In this document: positions 17,968 to 27,200 of the stretch, piece after piece | Layout: every line of letters begins with the position of its first letter | Position numbering within the stretch: the stretch's first letter is position 1 | Origin: a virus | Virus record (IMG/VR): IMGVR_UViG_3300027848_000009 | Span: 32,001 to 96,000 of that record | Reading direction: 5' to 3' (one strand) | DNA: 64,000 nucleotides | The notes under the pieces: generated by a model | Database searches by the model: none | What the model was told of the DNA's origin: nothing | The model's input: only the letters and a program-made list of their open reading frames with translations | Made by a program: the position numbers and the translations under genes

Positions 17968-19893
17968 ATGGCCCTGCTCGCAGAGGAATTCCTAGCCTCG
18001 TACGCCTCAAAGTCGCCTCCATGGGGGTTCAATGGGATGGGGGAAATTGTTTACCTCCGCACCTACAGTCGCCCCAAAGGTGATGGAACCAGCGAAACAT
18101 GGCCAGAAACGGTTCAACGAGTCATTGAAGGCGCCGTTGAAATCGGTGTTCCGTACACTCAGAAGCAAGCCGAAGCTCTCTTCGATCACATGTTCAATCT
18201 GCGATGTTCTTTCTCGGGTAGGGCGTTATGGCAGTTGGGAACTCCACTCGTTAAGGCGTTTAACGCAGCGTCGCTGAACAACTGTTACTTCGTGAACATC
18301 GAGAAGGTGGAAGATTTTGAGTTCCTTTTCGATCATCTGATGCTTGGTGGTGGAGTCGGATTCTCCGTCGAGCGTGCAAAGATTCACGAGTTGCCTAAAG
18401 TCAAGGCGTCAGTCGAAATCACCAATGAGCGAAGCGACGATGCGGACATCATCGTTCCCGACAGTAGGCAGGGGTGGTCTCGTCTCGTCCATTCGGTTTT
18501 GAAGTCCTACTTCTATACGGGCAAGTCGTTCTCTTACTCTACGATCCTCATTCGCGAGTATGGGGCTCCACTGAAGACGTTTGGTGGCACCGCGAGCGGC
18601 CCGGGCGCCCTCATTGATGGCATCGTAGATATCTGCAAGGTGATGGACGCGCGAGTGGGGAAGAAGTTGCGTTCCGTTGACGTCCTCGACATCTGCAACA
18701 TCATTGGTCGCATTGTCGTCTCTGGCTCTAGTCGTCGTTCTGCACAGATCGCTATCGGTGACCCCGATGACGTCCTTTTTTTGCGTGCCAAGAACTGGTC
18801 TAGCGGTTCCGTTCCTGCGTGGCGAGCAAACTCGAACAACTCGGTTTATGCGGACTCTTGGGACGAGATCATCCCCGAGGTTTGGAAGGGTTACGACGGT
18901 TCTGGCGAGCCTTACGGTTTCGTGAATCGCAAGTTGGCCCGTCAATACGGGCGCCTTGGACATAAGAAGCCAGATCCGACCATCGAGGGATACAACCCCT
19001 GCGCTGAGATTGCTCTCGGCGATGGAGAGTCTTGCAACTTGTCAACGATCTTCTTGCCGAAAATCGATTCGTTGGCTCAGTTCCGCGAGGTTTCTGAACT
19101 TCTCTACATGTGTCAGAAGCAGATCACACGGATGGATTACCCGTATGAGAAGACAACGAAGATTGTGTCGAAGAACGCCCGTTTGGGTCAGTCTGTCACT
19201 GGAATTTTGCAGTGCTCAGAGAAGCAACTGTCGTGGCTTGATCCGGTCTACGAGTATCTTGAGGGTCTCGACGAGAAATATTCGGAAGAGCACGGTTTCC
19301 CGAAGTCTGTCCGTCTGACAACAGTTCAGCCTTCTGGCACGTTGGCTCTTCTTCCCGGAGTCACTCCCGGGGTTCATCCCGCTTACTCCCAGCATTACAT
19401 CCGTCGTGTTCGGTTTGGTTCGTCTGATCCGCTCGTTGATTCGTGCCGTAAGCGTGGCTATACGGTCAGGTGGGACGTCGGCATTGACGGGCGAGAGGAT
19501 CACACTCGCTACGTTGTGGAGTTCCCCTGCGAGTCGCCGGAGGGCGCTGTCTTGGCCGCAGATATGACTGCTGTGGAGCAGTTGGAGTGGGTGAAGAAGA
19601 TGCAGACCGACTGGGCCGATAATGCCGTTTCGGTAACAGTCTATTACCGGCTTGAAGAGTTGCCGGAAATTAAGCAGTGGATGTCAGAGAACTACACGAA
19701 TGTCCTGAAGTCGGTGTCATTTTTGCTTCACGCTGACCACAACTTCCCGTTGCCTCCTTACGAGGAATGCACGAAGGAAGAGTACGAGAAGATGCTGGCC
19801 AAGATCGATTTCTCGGTTCCATTGGTCCAGTCGACATTTACGGATGAATTGATGATCGATGACTGCGCCACCGGAGCGTGCCCCATCAAGTAG
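17968..19893 (+). CDS. nrdJ: Class II (B12-dependent) monomeric ribonucleotide reductase
   Basis: RTYSR, NNC, GGGVG, RRSAQI, NPCAEI, TTVQPSGT, C-terminal CATGACPIK. Confidence 0.95.
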   Translation: MALLAEEFLASYASKSPPWGFNGMGEIVYLRTYSRPKGDGTSETWPETVQRVIEGAVEIGVPYTQKQAEALFDHMFNLRCSFSGRALWQLGTPLVKAFNAASLNNCYFVNIEKVEDFEFLFDHLMLGGGVGFSVERAKIHELPKVKASVEITNERSDDADIIVPDSRQGWSRLVHSVLKSYFYTGKSFSYSTILIREYGAPLKTFGGTASGPGALIDGIVDICKVMDARVGKKLRSVDVLDICNIIGRIVVSGSSRRSAQIAIGDPDDVLFLRAKNWSSGSVPAWRANSNNSVYADSWDEIIPEVWKGYDGSGEPYGFVNRKLARQYGRLGHKKPDPTIEGYNPCAEIALGDGESCNLSTIFLPKIDSLAQFREVSELLYMCQKQITRMDYPYEKTTKIVSKNARLGQSVTGILQCSEKQLSWLDPVYEYLEGLDEKYSEEHGFPKSVRLTTVQPSGTLALLPGVTPGVHPAYSQHYIRRVRFGSSDPLVDSCRKRGYTVRWDVGIDGREDHTRYVVEFPCESPEGAVLAADMTAVEQLEWVKKMQTDWADNAVSVTVYYRLEELPEIKQWMSENYTNVLKSVSFLLHADHNFPLPPYEECTKEEYEKMLAKIDFSVPLVQSTFTDELMIDDCATGACPIK

Positions 19894-20109
19894 ATCGGTT
19901 GTGTTGTTGGCGGAACAGTTGCTCTTTGTTAGCTGGTTCCGCCAACAGTATGCCTTCTTCGTCGCATAGCCAGCAGGTCCGATTGTCGACCCAAAAAACG
20001 AGACATGGGGCGCAACCGTAAACTGTTGAGGTCCATGACATCATCGCCAGTGCGCTGAATCCAACTTTTATCAGGTGGTCCTTGAGGAATTCGGCGGTCG
20101 GGTTGTCAG

Positions 20110-20472
20110 TCAAGGCTTGACACCGAAATAGTTCGTTGCGTGCCCTGAATCTACGAGTTGTTCGTTTAGGGAAATCTCGCATTTTTCGTCGGCGTAGATG
20201 TTGGCAAGAAGACGACCGTATTTGCCTTTTCCGTCTTTGAATGTCTGGACGAAACAGTCCTTGGTCCGGTCGAACCAGTCCTCGACGTAGGCTTTTGCGG
20301 CAAGGCCTAGTTCTTTTTCGGCAAGATTTTTGGTTCTGATCTCAGGGGTATTGATGCCGTACAGTCGGCACCTGACTTTGTGGTGAATGTTGAAACCTAA
20401 ATCGATGGTCAGATCTACTGTGTCACCATCGACAACTCGTTGGAGTTTTGCTTTGTAGGTGTACAGGTTCAT
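20110..20472 (-). CDS. Thermonuclease (SNase) family protein
   Basis: RVVDGDT, RLYGINTPE, GKYGRLLA. Confidence 0.9.
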   Translation of the reverse strand: MNLYTYKAKLQRVVDGDTVDLTIDLGFNIHHKVRCRLYGINTPEIRTKNLAEKELGLAAKAYVEDWFDRTKDCFVQTFKDGKGKYGRLLANIYADEKCEISLNEQLVDSGHATNYFGVKP

Positions 20473-20639
20473 TCGTCGACAAACTTTTCAATCGAGTCCT
20501 TGTTCTTTTTGCGTAAAAAGCGGACACTGTCGTTCTCCACAACAATTTCTTCAAGGTCCTCTGGGGTTCCACGGAAATCTTTTCCGTGACGTTTGTACTC
20601 TTCCCAGTAGTCATTGTCAGCATTACTGTTTCTCGTCAT
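20469..20639 (-). CDS. Small hypothetical protein (56 aa, not in the ORF track)
   Basis: MTRNSNADNDYWEEYKRHGK..; TATAAT shortly upstream; stop overlaps the nuclease start. Confidence 0.5.
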   Translation of the reverse strand: MTRNSNADNDYWEEYKRHGKDFRGTPEDLEEIVVENDSVRFLRKKNKDSIEKFVDE

Positions 20640-20656
20640 ACAATAACATTATACAT

Positions 20657-20693
20657 AAAAAGAAAATCCCCCGGGTGTTACCCCGGGGGAAAT
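20657..20693 (-). terminator. Intrinsic terminator after the capsid gene
   Basis: Minus strand: TCCCCCGGG-GTAACA-CCCGGGGGA-TTTTCTTTT. Confidence 0.8.
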
Positions 20694-20739
20694 TCCACAT
20701 GGTGCGGCATGAATGCCGCCGGTTACGTACCGTTAAACG

Positions 20740-22065
20740 TTAGGCGTCTGCTGGTGCGGAGTTGAAGCTGACGGAGACGAAGGCCTCCGGACGCTTGACC
20801 GCGAGGGCCAGACGCTGCTCTGCGAGCACCACGATCGCGTTGCGAACGAAGAAGTCCGAGTGCTGCTCGGAGATCCGGATGTTCGCTTGCTCTCGATCGT
20901 ACAACTGGGCGCCGGTACCGAACGCACCGACGAGAGCGGTGCCCTCATCGATGGCCGGGGTCTCGACGACCGGGAGACGCCACACACGCGGTTCGCCACC
21001 AAGGGCGACCGAGATGGCTACGAGGTACTGACCGTTGCTGTCCTTGGTCAACTCGATGTCTTCCCAGTCGTTCGGGTGAAGAACGACGCCGGTCGGCTCG
21101 TAGTAGGCAAGGAACGACAGCGTGGCGGCGCGACGAATCGCGTCAGCCTTGGTGTCGGGAACCGGTAAGGTTGCGCCGCTGGACCAGTTGTATGTCTGGA
21201 TGCCAGCAGTGTTCAGCACACCCTCAAGGTTCTCGCCGGTGCCGTCACCAGAGAGGATTTGAGCGTCCTCCTGAAGGCGGAGGCCGTACATCAACTCGTT
21301 GTCGATGATCGAACGCAACTGCGGCTCGTCGGCGAGCACGTTGCGGTGAGCGGCTTCCCAGTGAGCAATGGTCCGCACGGGCGCCTGAACGCCAGTGAAG
21401 GTCATAGCGGACTGCGGCTTGACGCCGAACACGTTAGGCGTACCTGCCGTGCGTTCTGCCACGGTGGCGGCGTTGTTCGTGAATCCTGTCATCCGGAAGT
21501 ACTCGACAATTGCTGCCGAGGTGGTTCGTACCGGGAACAGGTCGCGAACACGCTTGGTGCGCATCGGCGGGATGACGATGGGGTCACGATCGATCGTACC
21601 GAACTGCCCGGGGGTGCCTGAAGGCATAGCCGAGTAGAGGTCCTTGACGTCGTAGCCGTTGGCTGTGGTGAGGGCACCCTTGTACTGGAAGGGCGACGGC
21701 ATGTTGGCGCCGTTACGTCCACCCTGAAGGGTCTTGAACTCTTCTGAGCCGAGGAATGCTTCGCCAACGGACTTGTACCTGGTGCGAGCCTCGCGGAGGC
21801 CCTCTCCGGCGGCGGCGGCGGCGGCGATGGAGTCGCCTTCAGCCTCGGAAGCCCATGCTTCGACGCTCTCAAGCGACTGAAGGCCGGTGATCAATGACTT
21901 GATCTCCTTGATTTCCGTCATGTTGCTGTCGAATGCCGACTTCTGGGCCTGATCGACAATGACAACGCCGTCTTCGATCTGGAATGAATCTGCGATCGCC
22001 TTGTTTGAGGCGGTCTTTTCTCGGAGCGCGGACTGCAACTCCTTGATGCGGTTTGCATCTTCCAT
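20740..22065 (-). CDS. HK97-fold major capsid protein
   Basis: Coiled-coil delta domain; VRTIAHW, LADEPQL, EDAQILSGDG, KDSNGQY, FVRNAIVVLAEQRLALAVKRPEAF. Confidence 0.95.
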   Translation of the reverse strand: MEDANRIKELQSALREKTASNKAIADSFQIEDGVVIVDQAQKSAFDSNMTEIKEIKSLITGLQSLESVEAWASEAEGDSIAAAAAAGEGLREARTRYKSVGEAFLGSEEFKTLQGGRNGANMPSPFQYKGALTTANGYDVKDLYSAMPSGTPGQFGTIDRDPIVIPPMRTKRVRDLFPVRTTSAAIVEYFRMTGFTNNAATVAERTAGTPNVFGVKPQSAMTFTGVQAPVRTIAHWEAAHRNVLADEPQLRSIIDNELMYGLRLQEDAQILSGDGTGENLEGVLNTAGIQTYNWSSGATLPVPDTKADAIRRAATLSFLAYYEPTGVVLHPNDWEDIELTKDSNGQYLVAISVALGGEPRVWRLPVVETPAIDEGTALVGAFGTGAQLYDREQANIRISEQHSDFFVRNAIVVLAEQRLALAVKRPEAFVSVSFNSAPADA

Positions 22066-22176
22066 ATGAATCTCCTCCTTGGAGAAATAATTTGGGTGAA
22101 CGTGGTTGCAAAGACTACGTGAGCACGCGCCCTCTTACATAAAATAATAGACCAACCACAAGGGTTAATATTGCAA

Positions 22177-23844
22177 CTACAGGATTTTTTCTGATTTACC
22201 TTGCGGGGGATTTTGTTGGGCACTTTTCCAACGATTCCTTACATAGTTGGAACCGGTCGACCCAAAGAAGTCATCAAACGACTTGTCATCATTGATCTCA
22301 AAAGCACCATCTCGCGTACGCTTGGCAATGAGCGACGGTGGCTGAACACTATTGTTCCACAGGTAGAAGTCATCAAACATATTGGACGTAATCTGACGTG
22401 GAACAATAGGCTGCAACTCTCCAGCAATTTGGCTACCGAACCACCCCGGGAGAACCGGACCACCAGAAGCCTTATTTATTGCATTGCGAGAAGCTAAGCG
22501 TCGATCGGCCTCAGCGCCCGGAATGTAGACAAAGTGCCCAACCGTCGCGTAACCGTTGTTTCTCGCCCACTTCAGGTGCTCTGTCCGCTTACCCGTTCCG
22601 GTAACGACCACGTCCGTGCCCGCCTCACGGGCAGCATCCATCGCCCTGTCCGTGACGGCCCTCGAAGCAGGGTGAACTGCCGCAGCGCCACGACCACCGT
22701 CCCACCCCTCAAGTTGAGTCTTGATCCAGTCCGGATCAATGAAGGCAGCTGCATTGGACGCTGGAACATCCAGAGTCCCATCCTCGACAAGAGTGGTTTT
22801 TCCTGAGCCGGTTGTTCCGCCAACAAAATGTAGCGTCCTAGCGCCGCCCGGCTTGTTTCTGTGCTCAGGGGCGACCCGATTGATGATTTTAGATGTCGCT
22901 TCTCGGCCACCAGAACCGACCCTGCCGGACCTCATGCCTGAACGGAGTTCTCTATACTTATCTACCGTGTCGCCACTCAACGCCTTTCGGACGCTAGGGG
23001 GAGCCTCTGAGTACCAGCCGGGATCACTGGCGATCAGTTTCTCCCAAGACGCCGCTGACGACTTCTTCGTCTTCGTTGCTTTCTTGACCGCTTTCCCAAC
23101 TTTTCGTACCACTGCAGGTCGCTCGAAAGCTGTTGAGTCCTGAATCAGGCCGTCGTTGTCCCCATCGAGGGCCTTGGGGTCGTATGGCTGAGCGGAGCGG
23201 AGCGCCCTGCCGAGAGACTTGCCATACAACTCTTCGTTGAGAGAAACCTTGCGGCGCGGCTTTTTCTTACCGAGCCTGTCCTGCTCTTCTTCAAGGATTC
23301 GACGGGCCCTTTGACGTTCTAGCCGATCCCGGTATCTCCTGCCCAGCGCGGTCGATCCAGTGCGTCGAGCGTAATCGGTGATATTGCTACACGGTGTCCA
23401 TACTGTATTTCCGCCGGTGGAGCGGCGACGAGCTACCCCGATGCAGCCCATTTGGCGAGCACGCCTGCGGGCGGAGTTTATGTCAGTGAAAACGTCCTCG
23501 TCTCCATCGAATGGAATGGAGGACGCAGCTTTGCCTCCAACTGCTCCTGAAACAAGGCCGCCGCCAGACATTGTGTCGATTGCAATGACGCCACGCTCGC
23601 TGAGTTCTTCCCAGTTCTTTTTGTTCTTAGATTTCTTTTTGCGGCCCTTGCGTTCGCGAACGCTTTCGTAATCACGCATTCTAGAAAGGACAGACTTTTT
23701 TTCCTGTTCGTTTTCGAGACGCTCGTACTCTTCGTGGGTTTTGCAAGCCATCCACGTTCCGTTTGGGTGTTGATGAGCACCAGCACAGCCGAGTTCTTTG
23801 GCTCGGCGCAGAGCCGCTGCCCTGTTTGCGGTGTCTCCGGACAT
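22177..23844 (-). CDS. Head-module protein with C-terminal zeta-toxin-like P-loop kinase
   Basis: GGTTGSGKTT, IDPDWIK, VHPAS; two N-terminal GC..W..C modules; DGDNDG motif. Confidence 0.75.
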   Translation of the reverse strand: MSGDTANRAAALRRAKELGCAGAHQHPNGTWMACKTHEEYERLENEQEKKSVLSRMRDYESVRERKGRKKKSKNKKNWEELSERGVIAIDTMSGGGLVSGAVGGKAASSIPFDGDEDVFTDINSARRRARQMGCIGVARRRSTGGNTVWTPCSNITDYARRTGSTALGRRYRDRLERQRARRILEEEQDRLGKKKPRRKVSLNEELYGKSLGRALRSAQPYDPKALDGDNDGLIQDSTAFERPAVVRKVGKAVKKATKTKKSSAASWEKLIASDPGWYSEAPPSVRKALSGDTVDKYRELRSGMRSGRVGSGGREATSKIINRVAPEHRNKPGGARTLHFVGGTTGSGKTTLVEDGTLDVPASNAAAFIDPDWIKTQLEGWDGGRGAAAVHPASRAVTDRAMDAAREAGTDVVVTGTGKRTEHLKWARNNGYATVGHFVYIPGAEADRRLASRNAINKASGGPVLPGWFGSQIAGELQPIVPRQITSNMFDDFYLWNNSVQPPSLIAKRTRDGAFEINDDKSFDDFFGSTGSNYVRNRWKSAQQNPPQGKSEKIL

Positions 23845-23846
23845 GA

Positions 23847-24215
23847 TTAGGACTCGTTATAGTTGTAGTCCATCGAAAGACGAGCTACTTTCGGGTCGCT
23901 GATCTTCAGTTTCTCAAGTTTCGCTGCAGCCTTTTGAGCCTCAAAGGTCTCGTAGCCGTATCGCTTCCGGTACATCTCTGCTTCTTCAATTTGATCTTCG
24001 TAGTCTTCCCCAATGGCTGCGAACAAATCGTTATCTGGCGGATATGGCTTACCTGCCTCTCGTATTCGCATGATGAACTTTTGACGCATTTCTTGGTCAA
24101 TCGAAAAAGGCGGGTAGTCGATCGCGTGCGAGAAGCGTTTGTGGTAGTCACCGAACTTTTTGCGCTCCTCTACCTCCTCGTCGGTCAGATCAAGATCGTA
24201 GGTATTTACTGTCAT
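23847..24215 (-). CDS. Hypothetical protein (candidate immunity protein)
   Basis: Small gene tightly packed between two effector-like genes. Confidence 0.55.
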   Translation of the reverse strand: MTVNTYDLDLTDEEVEERKKFGDYHKRFSHAIDYPPFSIDQEMRQKFIMRIREAGKPYPPDNDLFAAIGEDYEDQIEEAEMYRKRYGYETFEAQKAAAKLEKLKISDPKVARLSMDYNYNES

Positions 24216-24217
24216 GG

Positions 24218-27200
24218 TTATCCTCTGGCTGCTTTGATCATTACTCTTGCTTCGATACCATCTATCGGCTGAGAGATATCAAGTACTGCGACCGTTCCGC
24301 GGTTATGGACAAGCACAACTTCGCCGTGATCGACGTAGTCGTATCCTAACATAGGGGCATAATAGCCAGCGTCGTGGGCGGACAATGACTGCATGTACCC
24401 CAGCGCATCCCACATTGGTTCGCGACGAGGGTCGTCTGGTTTCAACTTTGAATACTGATCAATCCATTGGTCATAAATTCTGCCCATATCTGACTGCTCA
24501 AGAAGTCCGGCAACTCCAAGACGAGTTTCTGCTTCTTTCAGACGTTTTGTTATTGCCGCCGCAGCGTTTGCTGGATCCTCATTTTTGAGAACATCGGTAC
24601 CCTGCTCAGAGATGAGCGATTCGACCTCTCTGGCCAACTTTTTGTGATCGTTCTGGATGTCATTGAGGTCTTTGCTGTCGATTCCGTTGCCGTCAGGATC
24701 AACGAATCCGACCATTCCCGTACCGTAAGCACCCCAGTGGCTACTCTTTTCTGAAGCCCAGTATTCTCCCACGCCGTAAGCACGAGCACCCTGACCCGGG
24801 ATGAAACGATCGTCGTCCTCCTTGTAGGAGTTGATGTAGCCGAGGGCCTTACTGTTCTCACGGCCGACGCCACGGTGGATGGGCGTCCATCCAGCATCAA
24901 TCAATGTTTCGAATTCGTTCTCCGATAGAAGCACCGGCTTACCGTTCATTTCCCCGTTCTCCCAAAGATTCAGGAGAAGATCGTCAAACGTTTCCTTGTC
25001 GATTTCGCCTTTGTCTCGCCCGATGATCCGAGTCTGAACAAAGGCGAGGAAGTCAATGAAATTGTCATCGACCTTCGGTTTTCCGCCTGCGTCACGGGCA
25101 AGTGGAGTTTTCTGACGTCGATCCTCGAACAGTTTGCGAATACTCTTCTCGGTACGCTCTCCACGCAACTTGCGTCGCGCCCTGCGGAGCAATCGCGCGA
25201 GCTTACGACGCGCCTTTTCGGTGGCAGCAATGTCGGACTGGGTGGCGGTACGACCGAGCAGAGAGTTCCGACGCATACGTCGGTTTTGGCGGCGCTGTTC
25301 GCGATCTGCATCGGGTTGCATGATGCGGTCGGCGAAGTCCCTCCGACGTTTGCCGGCCTTCTTCGCTGCCCTTTCGGAAATTGCACCCCCTACGGCGCTG
25401 GCACTTGATGAACGCTCATCGTTATAGAAGGTCGATTCCTGACCGAGGCCCACCGATGCCGCTGTTGGGACGTCCTTGTTTTCTTTGCGAGCGTCCGTCA
25501 TCACCCGCTTCTGCGTCGTGTCGTGGAGATGCTCCAGCATTGAGTAGTCGCCACGTAAGCGCATCTCGGCAAGAGTCTTGATGTCGTCTAGCTGCTTCCG
25601 CTTACTGGCGTAAACTTCGGGTGTGATTTCACCGTCTCCAAGACTTGAGTCAAGTGCTGACTGCAAAGTTTCCAGTAGGTCATTTTCCGGTACAATTTGA
25701 CGCATCTCGTCTGGCGTCATGCCGACTGTATATAGGCCGTCATCGAGCATGTTTTGACGAGCCCCATCGAGCGGGCCGTTTTTCGTGAGGTCGTAGAACA
25801 AGGCACCTTCTCGCGCCCTTGCTGCATCACGGACAGATGCTTTCTGAGCATCATTCAAGTTGCCCCAAACCTGACCGTCTCTGTCGTTGACCTTGGTTAT
25901 ACCAGCGACGCCTCCGCGTTTCTTCCGTGAGCGCATGCCGCCACCAAGGCCGCGTGTTGCAGTGACGTCCATTTGTGCTGCTTGGCGGTCGGCCCTATCA
26001 ATTCCTCTGTCGGGGGAAAAGCGGGGGGCCGCTTGGCGTGCTGAACGCATTCCATTTCCGGAGGGATCCTTTGGGGGTATCGAGTCGACCTTGCCGACCT
26101 TGCCGACACCACGATCCTTTCCGTTCTTCTTTGCGTTTCGTTCAAGATCGACGATTGCATCGCTGCCCCAGATCCGTCTGATCCAACGTTCGACATCGTG
26201 TTTTAAGGGCTTTCTGGGATTCCAATGCGTTCCCCGAAATAAAATACCTACTCCGATTTTTTCCTCGAACTTTGGGCTATTCGGTCCGGGCCACGTGCTG
26301 GTCACGTCGGTCCCCTGCTTCTTGGTCCAGTCGTACAGGCGGTCGGGAACAATAATTACCGACCCATTTCCGCCCGCATCGTGCAGAACAAAACCATTGG
26401 CCTCAAGCATTTTGAAGAAATTTTGGTCACCGGCCTCGATGCGTTTGTGTTGCGGACGTTTCGCCTCGCCGTTGAGGCCGAAGTAAAGTTCAACCGTCCG
26501 CTTGTTTGAGGTGTCGGTAATTTTGGGTAATTTTTCACTACTGACATTCGATGGATTGCCACTCGTTGGGTTCTTCGGGCTCTTCGGCGCCTTCGGCTTC
26601 TTCGGCCCCCTCCTTGATTGCAACCCGCTGATACTGCTAGAGCGACGCTCAGTCAGCGTGTCGAGAGTGTCATTCAGTATCTGAGAAAGACTAGAACGAT
26701 CCGAATTAGACATGCCATCCAAAGGCCCATCGAGTTCGAGTTGGCGCAGGGCTGCCCGGAGGCGCCCCATGAACTCTGCGTTCGAACCGTAAACACCCTT
26801 TCCATCGAGGACCGTAGCGGCTTCCACGACGGCACTACTAATTCCGTTATTCATTTGCGCGTAGCCACCAAAATTAACGTCGACGCCATCGAGTAGTTCC
26901 CGTACTTCTTTTCCGGTTGCGCGCTCCTTGGAAGGGCGCATGCCCTTCGATTTCCTTATCGATTCGAGACCAAGAGAGTCTTCGACACCACCACCGAATT
27001 CGTAGGTGTTGCCGCTGGGGGTTTCAACGAAAAGCGAATGGTGACCGCCACCGTAGTCGCCGCGGTTACCCCAACTTGCCTCTCGAAAATATTCGTATCT
27101 TGCACCTTTGAGAGGCCCCTTTGTGATGCGTCCACGAACGGTTTCGTCTTCTCCGGGTAGTTGTGCGTCCCAGCCGGTGCGGCGACGGGCTGGTGTGTAA

